A DNA stretch of 64,000 nt from an uncultured Desulfobulbaceae bacterium (lineage in GTDB: Bacteria; Desulfobacterota; Dissulfuribacteria; Dissulfuribacterales; DYLC01): NCBI GenBank assembly GCA_964427245.1, contig CAYRSX010000040.1, positions 91,258 through 155,257 on the forward strand, given 5' to 3'. The notes under the pieces are model-generated. The model worked only from the letters and a program-made list of their open reading frames with translations, was not told where the DNA came from and did no database searches. Below, piece after piece: positions 25,930-36,135 of this stretch; positions within the stretch are counted from its first letter, which is position 1; each line of letters opens with the position of its first letter. The position numbers and the translations under genes were made by a program.

Positions 25930-28596
25930 TTGACTCAAACAGCCGCTGTTCCTTTTACTGTCATCATCACTCATGTCAATGCCGATTTTGACGCCATGGC
26001 ATCTGCAGTGGCGGCATCCAGACTATATCCAAACTCTGTCATTGTTCTGCCTGGTTCTCAGGAAAAGGGTCTGCGGGATTTTCTGACCATGCATTCAAAT
26101 GCAGTCAGGCATCAGGCGACTCTCAAGGATATCGATCTGAACGCTGTGAGTCTGTTGGTTGTGGTCGATACTCGACAGAAAGACCGCATAGGCGTCTTTG
26201 CCGACCTGCTGAATCGGAGTGGAGTGGAGATACATGTTTATGACCACCATCCGCCTTCACCTCAGGATATTCAAGGCCATAAAATGTTTTTTGATGATGT
26301 GGGTGCAAACGTCACAATCATAGTGCAGTATCTCATGGAACGGGGTGTGGTGCTGAAGCCGGACGAGGCCACTTTGATGGCCGCAGGCATCTATGAGGAC
26401 ACCGGTTTTTTTGGTTTCAATACCACCACCGCCAAGGACATGAGGGCCGCTGCATGGCTTCTGGAACAAGGTGCCTCCGTACAGGATATTGCGCATGCCC
26501 TGACCAAGACCCTGACACCTGAACACGTGAGTGTACTGGACGACCTGCTTACTCATGCCGATACCTATTCCATAGCAGGCATTTCCATCACTATAGCCAA
26601 AACCAGCATGAATCAGTATTTGGAGGATTTCGCTGTTTTGGCCCATGAGATCATGGATATGCAGAGGCTGCCCTGTATTTTTCTTGTGGGTACGATGCCG
26701 GAGCAGACCATCGTGGTCGGAAGAAGCAGGGATGATCGAGTCAATGTGGGCGAGATACTGAAAAAATTAGGGGGAGGAGGCCATGCCTCCGCTGCATCGG
26801 CCACTTTCAAGGGCATTCCTTTATACGAGGCGGAGGAGAGACTGCTGCAGGTCGTCAAGGCCGTGCTCGGCCCGGAGCCGTTGGCTATGCACCTCATGTC
26901 AAGGCCGGTCATTTCCATTCCGCCTGAAACAACACTGGCGAATGCCAGTGAGCTTTTGACTCGTTATGGAATAACGGTGCTGCCTGTGACTCACGACGGC
27001 CGTATGCTTGGCGCCATCTCTCGGCGCACTGTGGAAAAGGCCATCTCACACGGGCTTTCCGACCTGCCTGTAACTCACTACATGACAACGGACTTTGAGG
27101 CAGTGTCTCCGTCTGCGCCTCTACAGCGCATAAAGGAGATAATCGTCAATTCCAGACAGCGTTTTTTACCGGTAGTGGAAAATGGAAGATTGGAAGGGGT
27201 CATCACGAGAACCGATCTTTTGCAGCTATTCACCAACGACCCCTCTCTCAAACCCATGCCCCTTTTGTCAGAAAAACCGTCGCACAGAAACATTTGGCAC
27301 CTTGTGAGGGAACGCTGCTCAAAAGAGGTATTGGATTACCTCGAAACAGCAGGGAAAGTCGCGCAAAAACTTCATTACAAGGCATATGCGGTGGGTGGGT
27401 TTGTGCGTGACATACTGCTGAACAGGCCGACTCTGGATGTGGATATCGTGATAGAAGGTGACGGCATTCGGTTCGCCTATGCCATGGCTGAAGCCTTCAA
27501 TGCCCGAGTCAGGCCTCATGCACAGTTTCAGACCGCTGTCCTCATATTCCCCAACGGTTTTAAACTGGACGTGGCCACTGCCCGATGGGAGTATTATGAA
27601 TATCCTGCGGCGCTTCCCACCATAGAGCTTTCCTCTATCAAGCTCGACCTGTATCGCAGAGACTTCACCATAAATGCTATGGCCATCGGTCTGACTAATG
27701 AGGAACAGGGTGTATTGCTGGATTACTTCGGCGGTCAGAGGGACATCAAGGACAAGTTAATTCGTGTACTGCACAACCTCAGTATCGTGGAGGACCCGAC
27801 GCGTGCATTTCGAGCCATTCGTTTTGAGACGAGATATGGTTTCTCTATGGCGAAACAGACGGTCAAACTCATTCAAAACGCCTTGTCGTTGCAGCTTTTT
27901 CAGGGGCTTTCAGGCAAACGTATTTTAACGGAGTTGAAGCTCATTTTGGAAGAAGCCGATCCCAGACAGGCTGTCCGGCGTATGGGAGAACTGGGGTTGC
28001 TTTCGCTGCTTCATGCGAATCTGAAATTGACTGATGTGAATGAACGGCGTCTGACAGCCGTTTATGAGACATTTTCCTGGTATGAACTGCTTTTCAGGCC
28101 TCAAAAACCCAAGAAGTGGGTGGTATATCTGCTTACCCTGCTGGAATCCATAAAGTTGAAGGATGCCTTGACCGTGCCGGAACGCTTGCAGATCACAGGA
28201 GCTGTAAGGGATTTGTTCGGCAATGGATTTATAAACGCCAAAAAGACTCTGGGCATGTTGATTCGCAGAAAGAATCTGCGGCCCAGTGAGATTTATTTGA
28301 TATTGCATGACTTCGCGACAGAACACCTGCTTTACATGCTCGCTGTGGTGGAGCATGAGCATGTCCGCCAATACATCAGTAAATACATAATGGATCTTCA
28401 AAATCAACACCCAGTGACCACTGGTGATGACCTCAAGGCCATGGGAATTGCCCCTGGACCTGTGTATAAAGCCATTCTTACGCGTCTTTTGACCGCATGT
28501 CTCGATAAGGAGGTTGAGGACAAGGAAGGTGAGCTGACACTGGTCAAAAGGGAATTTGCGTGGGCTGTGCATTCCAGCACGGCAGCGATTCCTTGA
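25930..28596 (+). CDS. DHH/DHHA1 phosphoesterase + CBS pair + poly(A) polymerase/CCA-adding nucleotidyltransferase fusion
   Basis: 'IITHVNADFDAMAS' and 'GGGGHASAASA' (DHH/DHHA1); two CBS units; 'YAVGGFVRDILLNRPTLDVDIVIEG' and 'RRDFTINAMA' (PolA/CCA head domain). TTG start. Confidence 0.8.
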   Translation: MTQTAAVPFTVIITHVNADFDAMASAVAASRLYPNSVIVLPGSQEKGLRDFLTMHSNAVRHQATLKDIDLNAVSLLVVVDTRQKDRIGVFADLLNRSGVEIHVYDHHPPSPQDIQGHKMFFDDVGANVTIIVQYLMERGVVLKPDEATLMAAGIYEDTGFFGFNTTTAKDMRAAAWLLEQGASVQDIAHALTKTLTPEHVSVLDDLLTHADTYSIAGISITIAKTSMNQYLEDFAVLAHEIMDMQRLPCIFLVGTMPEQTIVVGRSRDDRVNVGEILKKLGGGGHASAASATFKGIPLYEAEERLLQVVKAVLGPEPLAMHLMSRPVISIPPETTLANASELLTRYGITVLPVTHDGRMLGAISRRTVEKAISHGLSDLPVTHYMTTDFEAVSPSAPLQRIKEIIVNSRQRFLPVVENGRLEGVITRTDLLQLFTNDPSLKPMPLLSEKPSHRNIWHLVRERCSKEVLDYLETAGKVAQKLHYKAYAVGGFVRDILLNRPTLDVDIVIEGDGIRFAYAMAEAFNARVRPHAQFQTAVLIFPNGFKLDVATARWEYYEYPAALPTIELSSIKLDLYRRDFTINAMAIGLTNEEQGVLLDYFGGQRDIKDKLIRVLHNLSIVEDPTRAFRAIRFETRYGFSMAKQTVKLIQNALSLQLFQGLSGKRILTELKLILEEADPRQAVRRMGELGLLSLLHANLKLTDVNERRLTAVYETFSWYELLFRPQKPKKWVVYLLTLLESIKLKDALTVPERLQITGAVRDLFGNGFINAKKTLGMLIRRKNLRPSEIYLILHDFATEHLLYMLAVVEHEHVRQYISKYIMDLQNQHPVTTGDDLKAMGIAPGPVYKAILTRLLTACLDKEVEDKEGELTLVKREFAWAVHSSTAAIP

Positions 28597-28693
28597 CAAG
28601 ATTCAAATGAAGATTATTTTCTGAACGGCTTTCGTGTGCTGCGTAGATGGCACATGAAGCGTGTAAAGTCAATGCAAAAAAGGAGGAATTCCC

Positions 28694-28999
28694 ATGCCGA
28701 TCTATGAATACGAGTGTAAAAAATGCAATAGAATCATTGAACATATGCAGAAGGTGTCCGGACCCAATCTGGAGACATGCCCTGAGTGTGGAGGTGAGGT
28801 GCAGAAGCTTATTTCTCATTCGAGTTTTCATCTGAAGGGAAACGGCTGGTATGTTACTGATTATGTGGGTAAAAAATCAGGTACTCAGGCGGCATCCGAT
28901 GCGCCTGTTCCCGCAAAGAAGAATGAAACCTCTGCTTCTGTTCCTGCCTGCTCATGTGGTCCCTCGGCCGGTGGAAGTTCCTGCAGCACCGACAAATGA
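28694..28999 (+). CDS. FmdB-family zinc-ribbon protein
   Basis: 'MPIYEYECKKCNRIIEHMQKVSGPNLETCPECGGEVQKLIS' is a CxxC...CxxC zinc ribbon. AGGAGG RBS. Confidence 0.8.
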   Translation: MPIYEYECKKCNRIIEHMQKVSGPNLETCPECGGEVQKLISHSSFHLKGNGWYVTDYVGKKSGTQAASDAPVPAKKNETSASVPACSCGPSAGGSSCSTDK

Positions 29000-29017
29000 T
29001 GTTTAAGCCCGTATCCC

Positions 29018-29896
29018 TTATTCTTTTATGCGCCTTATGAGTTGATCTATATGTAGTGCAGGTCTGTTGAGAAATGGCGTAGGGTCAAAGGCTGGGTCTT
29101 CCGGCAGCACTTCGGTGGTCTCCAGCCCCTTTAATTCCATTCGTATCTCCAGAGGAAAGGCCGTCAATCTTAAGGTGATATCAGTTGGATAGAGACAGCC
29201 GGTTTGAATCATCTGCGGCTTTCTGTAAAATATTTCCATATCTTTTAGTCCCAAATACTCCGAAGCCATGGTCCTGGAATTCTTGGCCCAGAGGCCTGTC
29301 AGGGTGTTGGTGGCCTTCTGGCCGTTGCTGCAGGAGATGGTATTGCAAAGCAGGGTGTCTTGCGGCATCTGCTGAAGCAGAGAATCCATTTGGCGGTTGC
29401 AGGATATTTGTTGAGTATCGCATCGAGTCGATGCCTCCCAGGGGGACAGGGCGAGCCGTATCTCGGTGGCCAGCAGGCGCATGTCCTGGCCTTGAAGGCC
29501 TTGTTCGATGTTTGCCCAATAGACCATGTCCTCGGATGGCAGTGAAAGGTAGATGCTTTCACCTATTGCCAGATAATCGAAGATGGGCATGCCGAGGGCA
29601 CCTATGCCTGTAAGTCTCATGTTTATGGAATTTTCTGTTTTGGCCCAGGTCAGAACGGCCCTGAATTTGGGCTGAGGCTGGTCTTTGAGTATGATCTGGG
29701 CAATGACTTGAGAATGCATGCCGACTGGTTCCGTCTTTTCCTGCAGATTGTTTTCGATATGGCTGGGTACGTCGATATTGTGGGTTGTGAGCACCTCTTG
29801 GGCTGCACAACCATGTAGAAGCAGCAGGTAAGGGCCGATACAAAGGCTGGCGCAGAGCCTGACGATGGTGTGTAATATCTTTACCGATCTGGGCAT
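29018..29896 (-). CDS. hypothetical lipoprotein
   Basis: Signal sequence ending 'LLLLHGC' (lipobox-like). No recognisable catalytic motif. Confidence 0.5.
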   Translation of the reverse strand: MPRSVKILHTIVRLCASLCIGPYLLLLHGCAAQEVLTTHNIDVPSHIENNLQEKTEPVGMHSQVIAQIILKDQPQPKFRAVLTWAKTENSINMRLTGIGALGMPIFDYLAIGESIYLSLPSEDMVYWANIEQGLQGQDMRLLATEIRLALSPWEASTRCDTQQISCNRQMDSLLQQMPQDTLLCNTISCSNGQKATNTLTGLWAKNSRTMASEYLGLKDMEIFYRKPQMIQTGCLYPTDITLRLTAFPLEIRMELKGLETTEVLPEDPAFDPTPFLNRPALHIDQLIRRIKE

Positions 29897-29997
29897 TTTC
29901 TTTTTTCAAGACATGGTGTAAGGGTATGATTAGGGGTTATTGGATGTGTCTGGAGTAATGGCTCGACCTTCACTTCATTATCATACAGGAGAAACAT

Positions 29998-30687
29998 ATG
30001 GATGATATCTCAAAGGCCCTTGCTTATCAAGTGAAAAGGGAGATGGCTGAGCAGTATTTCGGTGCCCGTAGAGTGATCGAGGAGGATATCGAGGCCTTGA
30101 AACCGGAATACAGGGCACTGAACGATTTTTATGAACTCAAAATCGGAGTCGATCTGCTGCGTATCTATTCTATACTGAAGGACAAAGGGCTGGCAGAGGA
30201 CTTTATGTCGGTTATTCACTGGCAAGGGCTTCCTTTTTACGATGACTATATGGTTGAGTCCAGAAATATCGCCAGGCGTCTTCAGGAACCGGTGACCTCA
30301 TGGGGCATAACGGCATTTTATCGTTTTTTCAATGAATTATGTAACGCTTACGAATTGCTGGAAAGAGATGCGCGAGAGTACAACGAGCGGCTCGAAGGGC
30401 TGGCGGATGAAGTGGCCACAATAAACGAGGAGATAGCCCTTTTCGAGAAGAGATTTTCTCTGGACGAGATGATGAGTTTTCTGCGGACAATGGACAGGGA
30501 CCCTGCTCTGGAGGGTGTCCTGGGCCAGAATCTCATAGCAAATCCAAATGTAAGGGAAGAAGGGTTGAGACTTGAGAGGTTGTCGCATCCAAGGGATCAA
30601 CTGCCGTTCGTCCCCGCACTGCCGGTCCTAAGTGATGTCAGACACATTTTAAAAGAGTTGGCAAAACAGGCATTCGGCAAGGGCTGA
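29998..30687 (+). CDS. hypothetical cytoplasmic protein
   Basis: Long ORF with helix-rich, protein-like composition and a GGAG RBS. No family recognised. Confidence 0.5.
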   Translation: MDDISKALAYQVKREMAEQYFGARRVIEEDIEALKPEYRALNDFYELKIGVDLLRIYSILKDKGLAEDFMSVIHWQGLPFYDDYMVESRNIARRLQEPVTSWGITAFYRFFNELCNAYELLERDAREYNERLEGLADEVATINEEIALFEKRFSLDEMMSFLRTMDRDPALEGVLGQNLIANPNVREEGLRLERLSHPRDQLPFVPALPVLSDVRHILKELAKQAFGKG

Positions 30688-30703
30688 TGCAAGCCTGTCA
30701 GAA

Positions 30704-32902
30704 TTATTTGCTGGCCCTCATCACTCGTATCACTCCATCACATTTTTTTATGGCAGCGAAGAGGTTTTGCAGGTGACTGTTGTCTGTTATCTCCAGCAGA
30801 AAATGAAAGACCGCTGTCTGATCCGGGTTTGTGGTAACGCGTCCGTCCAGAATATTGGTGTTGGTGGCGCTTATGGCATTACTGATGGTAGCAAGCATGC
30901 CTTGTTTGTCACGAGTGATCACTACGATGCGTGCCGGATATTTTTGCATCTTGTTTTTGACAGATGACCACGAGACATCGATCTTTCTGTCGGGGTCCAT
31001 ATTTTTTACATTGGGGCAGGTGGTGCGATGAATGGTCAGCCCCCTGCCGCGTGTGATGTAGCCGATGATTTCATCGTTGGGAAGGGGATTACAGCACCTG
31101 CCCAAGTGAGTCATTATATTGTCCACACCATCTATTATGACTGCATTGGTTGTTTTTTCTTTTGAGGCCTTTTCACCAAGTAGGCCTTCAACGTCTTCAT
31201 ATGCGGTCTCCTGTAAGTCTGTTTTAGCTGCTGCCGTTTGTTCCCTGGAGTCGGCCGTGCCTTCTTTCAGGAGTTTTTTGACTACCTGGACAGCCGACAG
31301 CTTGCCTGTGCCTATGGCCATGAACAGGTCGTCGGGTGTCTTTACCGATACAGCCGAGAATACCCTAGACAGTTCGTCCCATTGCCTTTTCAGAACATCG
31401 TTTAGATCTAAGCGGTGTTTCCTGAATTCCTTTGAGCAGATCTCTTTGCCGATGGCGATGCTCTTTTCCTTTTCTTCCTGTTTGAGCCAGTTATGAATGC
31501 GAGTGACCGCCTTGCTGGTCTTTACGAACTTAAGCCAATCCCTGCTGGGCTTATGATGGGGTGATGTGATGATGTCGATGATGTCGCCGTTTTGCAGCTC
31601 GTGCTTGAGAGGGACAAGCTGGCCGTTGACTCGTGTTCCGGCGCAGTGGTGGCCGATGTCCGTGTGAATAGCATAGGCGAAATCAACGGGTGTAGCGCCT
31701 TTCGGCAGTTCCTTTACATCGCCTTTGGGAGTGAAGACCCAGATGGCATTGGGAAACAGGTCCATCTTTACGGATTCCATGAATTCCTTGGGGTCATGCA
31801 GCTCCTGCTGCCATTCCATGAGCTGTTCCAGCCATTTGAAGCCTTGCTGTTTTTCCTTTGTTACGATGTTGCCTTCTTTATACAGCCAGTGCGCGGCTAT
31901 GCCTTCACGCGCCACTATGTCCATTTCTTCCGTGCGTATCTGTATCTCCATTCGGTCACCGTCAGGGCCTATGACCGTTGTGTGAAGGGATTGATAGCCG
32001 TTGGCCTTTGGCAGACTGATATAATCCTTGAATCTGCCCGGTATGGGTTTCCAAAGCGAATGTACTATGCCGAGGGCCTCGTAGCATTCTTTGGTATTCT
32101 TGAGAATGATACGAAATGCTATGAGATCGTATATCTGATCCAGTGGAAGCTGACGTTGCTGCATCTTGCGAAAGATGCTGTAAAGATGTTTGGGCCTGCC
32201 CAAGACCCTGCACGAAAAACCATATTCTCCCATTTTTTTGGCCAGAAAGTCCTTTATCTCTTCCAGATAGGTCTTTTTTTGTCCAAGTTTCTGCTCGATG
32301 GTCTCTTTTAGTTCCTTGTATTCAAGTGGGTACAGATACATGAATGAGAGGTCTTCCAATTCCCGTTTGATCCAGTCTATGCCCAGTCTGCTGGCCAGAG
32401 GCGCATAGATGTCCATGGTCTCTCGAGCGATCAGCATCTGTTTTTCAGGTTTTTGATGTTCTAAAGTGCGCATGTTGTGCAGCCGGTCGGCAAGTTTCAC
32501 CAGAATGACTCGAATGTCTTTGGACATGGCGAGAATCATCTTGCGGATGTTTTCGGCCTGTTTCTGCAGTTTGGTCTCGAAACGTATCTTGGAAAGCTTG
32601 GTGACTCCATCTACGATCATGGCCACATCCTCACCGAACATATCTTTCAGGTTCTCCAGTGTGGTCAGGGTGTCCTCGATGGTGTCGTGCAGTAGGCCGG
32701 TGGCTATGCTGGCCGTGTCCAGTTTCATCTGGGCGAGGATATAGGCCACCGTAAGAGGATGTGACAGGTAGGGCTCTCCTGAAAGTCGTTTCTGGCCTGT
32801 GTGCACCTTAGCCGAATACACATAGGCCTTTTCCAAGAGTCCTGTGTTGGCATCAGGTAGATATGTGTGCAGCTGATCGAGTATGTCTGAAAAACGGATC
32901 AT
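30704..32902 (-). CDS. relA/spoT: bifunctional (p)ppGpp synthetase/hydrolase
   Basis: HD domain 'HTGQKRLSGEPYLSHPLTVA' and synthetase 'YSIFRKM...YQSLHTTV', with TGS and ACT regions. TTG 32914 is an alternative start. Confidence 0.9.
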   Translation of the reverse strand: MIRFSDILDQLHTYLPDANTGLLEKAYVYSAKVHTGQKRLSGEPYLSHPLTVAYILAQMKLDTASIATGLLHDTIEDTLTTLENLKDMFGEDVAMIVDGVTKLSKIRFETKLQKQAENIRKMILAMSKDIRVILVKLADRLHNMRTLEHQKPEKQMLIARETMDIYAPLASRLGIDWIKRELEDLSFMYLYPLEYKELKETIEQKLGQKKTYLEEIKDFLAKKMGEYGFSCRVLGRPKHLYSIFRKMQQRQLPLDQIYDLIAFRIILKNTKECYEALGIVHSLWKPIPGRFKDYISLPKANGYQSLHTTVIGPDGDRMEIQIRTEEMDIVAREGIAAHWLYKEGNIVTKEKQQGFKWLEQLMEWQQELHDPKEFMESVKMDLFPNAIWVFTPKGDVKELPKGATPVDFAYAIHTDIGHHCAGTRVNGQLVPLKHELQNGDIIDIITSPHHKPSRDWLKFVKTSKAVTRIHNWLKQEEKEKSIAIGKEICSKEFRKHRLDLNDVLKRQWDELSRVFSAVSVKTPDDLFMAIGTGKLSAVQVVKKLLKEGTADSREQTAAAKTDLQETAYEDVEGLLGEKASKEKTTNAVIIDGVDNIMTHLGRCCNPLPNDEIIGYITRGRGLTIHRTTCPNVKNMDPDRKIDVSWSSVKNKMQKYPARIVVITRDKQGMLATISNAISATNTNILDGRVTTNPDQTAVFHFLLEITDNSHLQNLFAAIKKCDGVIRVMRASK

Positions 32903-32921
32903 AAGCGAACACAAGACAACA

Positions 32922-34625
32922 TTATGAATGCAGAAACCGCAACGTAATTTCGATACAGGATGAGACGGCTACTGTGAGTTTTTCATTGTTTTTGCGCAGA
33001 CTCATCTCCACCATGCCGTCTTTTGCGGCCTTGCCGACTACGATTCGAATCGGTATTCCCATGAGGTCGGCGTCCTTGAATTTAACACCCGGCCGTTCGT
33101 CCCTGTCGTCCAGCAGTACATCCAGCCCTCGCTTCATCAGCCCGTTGTAAAGGCCTTCGGCTGTTTGCGCCATTGAGGCATCTTTTGGATTGATCAAGGT
33201 TATGATGCATGAAAACGGCGCGATAGGCGCAGGAAAAACGATGCCGTGCTCGTCGTGGTTCTGCTCTATGCAGGCGGCCACCGTCCTGCCGATGCCTATA
33301 CCGTAACATCCCATGATCATTGGGTGTTCCACGCCCTTGTCATCGGTGAAGCAGGCGTTCAGGGCCTTGCTGTATTTGATGCCTAATTTGAATACATGGC
33401 CCACCTCGATGCCGCGGCGAATCTCGATGGGTTTTCCGCATTTGGGACAGGGGTCGTTTTCTGTGATGATGCGAATGTCTGTGGTGGCGGGTAACGGAAG
33501 ATCGCGATTCCAGTTGATGCCTGTCAGGTGTTTTTCAAAGGCGTTTGCGCCGGCTATGAAGTTCTGAAGGGTTGCAACGCTGTGGTCGGCTGCCAGTGTA
33601 TAGGGACCTTTGAGCCCCATGGGACCTGCAAAACCAACAGGAGCACCTGTTACAGCTGCTACCTCTTCGTCTGTAGCCATGCGCAATTCATCTATTCCTA
33701 GATATCTCTGGAGTTTCACCTCGTTTATGCTGTAATCACCACGAATAAGGGCTACTATCGCCCCCTTTTCGCTCATATAGATGAGTGTCTTCAGGACTTG
33801 TGCAGGGGATTTGTCCAGAAATGCAGCTACCGCCTCTACGGAGCTTTTGCCGGGAGTTGAGACCTCCTTCAGAGGCTCAGGCGTGTCAATCGCCGGCATG
33901 TCATATGATGGACATGGCGCTAATTCCACATTGGCTGCATAGGAACAGGCGGTGCAGCAGGCAATCGCACCCTCACCCGCGTCGGCCATGACCATGAATT
34001 CATGAGACGCATGGCCTCCGATGCTTCCAGTATCCGCCTCTACAGGCCGAAAGTCCAGGCCGCAGCGTTCGAAGATGCGATTATAAGCGCGATAAGTGGC
34101 CTGGTATGTCCTGTCCAGATCCTCATCGCTTACATGAAAGCTGTAGCCGTCCTTCATGATGAATTCCCTGCTGCGCATCAGGCCGAAGCGCGGCCGAATT
34201 TCGTCACGGAATTTGGTATGTATTTGATATAGATAAACAGGTAGTTCCCGGTATGATTTAACGGAACCCCTTACGATGTCCGTGATGACCTCTTCGTGAG
34301 TGGGGCCCAGGCAAAAGGATTTGTCGTGTCTGTCTCGAAGACGCAGAAGCTCCTTGCCGTAAAGGTCCCATCTGCCGCTTTCCTGCCAGAGTTCAGCTGG
34401 TTGCACCATGGGCAGCATGACCTCCTGTGCATCTATGGCGTTCATTTCTTCTCTGACAATGGCCATGACCTTATGAATCGATCGAAGCCCTGTGGGCAGA
34501 TAGGAGTAGAGTCCGGAGGCCAGTTTGCGAATCATGCCCGAGCGAAGCATGAGTTTGTGGGAAATGAGTTCGGCGTCCGCCGGGGTTTCCTTCAGGGTGT
34601 GCAAAAACAGTTTGGAATATCTCAT
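32922..34625 (-). CDS. proS: prolyl-tRNA synthetase
   Basis: Canonical bacterial ProRS N-terminus 'MRYSKLFLHTLKETPADAELISHKLMLRSGMIRKLASGLYSYLP' and class-II motifs. Confidence 0.95.
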   Translation of the reverse strand: MRYSKLFLHTLKETPADAELISHKLMLRSGMIRKLASGLYSYLPTGLRSIHKVMAIVREEMNAIDAQEVMLPMVQPAELWQESGRWDLYGKELLRLRDRHDKSFCLGPTHEEVITDIVRGSVKSYRELPVYLYQIHTKFRDEIRPRFGLMRSREFIMKDGYSFHVSDEDLDRTYQATYRAYNRIFERCGLDFRPVEADTGSIGGHASHEFMVMADAGEGAIACCTACSYAANVELAPCPSYDMPAIDTPEPLKEVSTPGKSSVEAVAAFLDKSPAQVLKTLIYMSEKGAIVALIRGDYSINEVKLQRYLGIDELRMATDEEVAAVTGAPVGFAGPMGLKGPYTLAADHSVATLQNFIAGANAFEKHLTGINWNRDLPLPATTDIRIITENDPCPKCGKPIEIRRGIEVGHVFKLGIKYSKALNACFTDDKGVEHPMIMGCYGIGIGRTVAACIEQNHDEHGIVFPAPIAPFSCIITLINPKDASMAQTAEGLYNGLMKRGLDVLLDDRDERPGVKFKDADLMGIPIRIVVGKAAKDGMVEMSLRKNNEKLTVAVSSCIEITLRFLHS

Positions 34626-34715
34626 GGCGCCCTTTCTTTTAATGAATAGTTCCTGTATCTTTTAGTAAAAAATAACTATATATCAAAACCAGGGAATCAG
34701 AAAGGTCAAAAAACA

Positions 34716-35507
34716 TTGGAATTTATAGATTCACATGCACATCTGGACATGCAGCTACTGGTGAGCAGTCTGCCGAATGTGATGCAGAGGGCGGCTGCCA
34801 ATCAGGTGAGGCAGGTCATGACCATAGGTGTGGACCTGCCAAGTTCACTCAATGCCTTGCGTCTGGCCTTGAACTGGTCTTCGATATTCTGCGCTATAGG
34901 CATACACCCTCATGATGCCTCGCAGATATCTTCTTTTGAATGGCTTGAGGAGCAGTTGAATGCCATTCGGCTGCAGGATACCTTGTGCAAAATAAAGGCG
35001 ATTGGAGAGACTGGACTGGATTTCGCTAAGGAGTATTCGCTTCGCGCTGTACAGTTTCATGCCTTTCGTTGGCATCTGGAACTGGCGCTGAAGTGGGGGC
35101 TGCCGGTGGTGGTGCACGACAGGGATGCCCATGAACAGACCATTGATGTGTTGGCGGAGTATGCCGATAAGGGCCTGACAGGTGTTTTACATTGTTTTTC
35201 TGGAAATATTGACACGGCGAGGCGTGTGTTGAACATGGGATTTTATATTTCTATCTCCGGTGTTGTTACATTTGCAAAGGCCGATATGTTGAGGGAAGCA
35301 GTTCGGTTCATGCCCCTCGACAGATTGCTCATAGAAACTGATTGCCCGTTTCTGGCCCCTGTTCCATATCGCGGCAAGATCAACGAACCTGGTTATGTAA
35401 AATATGTAGCCGAGGAGATCGCAAGACTCAAGGTTCTTTCATTAGAGGAGGTGGCTTCATGCACTACGAGAAATGCCCAGGCCCTTTTCGCGTTGCCGTC
35501 CCTTTGA
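34716..35507 (+). CDS. tatD: TatD-family metal-dependent hydrolase
   Basis: 'FIDSHAHLD', 'GETGLDF', 'VVVHDRDA' and 'ETDCPFLAP'. TTG start. Confidence 0.85.
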   Translation: MEFIDSHAHLDMQLLVSSLPNVMQRAAANQVRQVMTIGVDLPSSLNALRLALNWSSIFCAIGIHPHDASQISSFEWLEEQLNAIRLQDTLCKIKAIGETGLDFAKEYSLRAVQFHAFRWHLELALKWGLPVVVHDRDAHEQTIDVLAEYADKGLTGVLHCFSGNIDTARRVLNMGFYISISGVVTFAKADMLREAVRFMPLDRLLIETDCPFLAPVPYRGKINEPGYVKYVAEEIARLKVLSLEEVASCTTRNAQALFALPSL

Positions 35508-36073
35508 TTCTGGCGTCCTCTTCTCCTCGCAGACAGGAGATGTTGCGGGCTTTGGGGCTGGATTTTCAGGTCGTTTTAGCCAATGACCTGGAACCATTGC
35601 CTTTGGTCGGCGAGGAGCCTGCGGCATATGCCGTCAGAGTGGCCAGAAAAAAGGCGGAAGATGTGGCGGAAAAGGCATCTTCAGATACTGCGATTCTGGC
35701 AGCCGATACCATAGTTGTATTGAATGAAGAGATATTCGGCAAACCAGAGAGTTCTGAACACGCCTTTTTTATGCTTTCGAGGCTAATTGGTAACACACAT
35801 CGAGTGATAACCGGTTGTTGTATTTTGCAGCCGTCATCGAGAAAATCGGAGGATTTTTTTGTGGTCAATGAGGTGCGTATGGGGCGTTTCTCTTCTGATA
35901 TATTGAAAAGATACATCGCCACAGGAGAACCCATGGACAAGGCGGGCGCCTATGCAGTGCAGGGTGCGGGTATGTTTCTGGTGCAGGGGATACATGGTTC
36001 CGTGAGCAATGTGATAGGATTACCTCTTACAGAAGTTGTGCAGAAACTGCTGCAACTTGGTATCATTAAATAA
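35459..36073 (+). CDS. maf: Maf-like nucleoside-triphosphate pyrophosphatase
   Basis: 'LILASSSPRRQEMLRALGL' and 'DKAGAYAVQG'. The start was chosen at the first ATG close to the conserved N-terminus; it overlaps the tatD end. Confidence 0.8.
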   Translation: MHYEKCPGPFRVAVPLILASSSPRRQEMLRALGLDFQVVLANDLEPLPLVGEEPAAYAVRVARKKAEDVAEKASSDTAILAADTIVVLNEEIFGKPESSEHAFFMLSRLIGNTHRVITGCCILQPSSRKSEDFFVVNEVRMGRFSSDILKRYIATGEPMDKAGAYAVQGAGMFLVQGIHGSVSNVIGLPLTEVVQKLLQLGIIK

Positions 36074-36135
36074 TTTGCCGATCGGCCCTTCTGGCCGCCT
36101 CATTTTTACATACGCACCGGCTCGAGGTGTTTTTT

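Noticed and set aside
24293-32311. Further long antisense ORFs: 24293-24775 opposite fhs, 25322-25927 opposite usp, 27925-28599 opposite the DHH-CBS-CCA gene, 31592-32311 opposite relA. The same holds for 36691-37167, 41551-42117, 47876-48451 and 49787-50308.
   Set aside because: For each one I checked, the offset to the sense frame is a multiple of 3. That points to general avoidance of TTA/CTA/TCA codons rather than overlapping genes.
35342-35458. Upstream extensions of maf (35342), of the isochorismatase gene (53084-53191) and of the M20 peptidase gene (21890-21952)
   Set aside because: These extensions run through the preceding gene or lack family similarity. Conserved N-termini and RBS positions support the internal starts.
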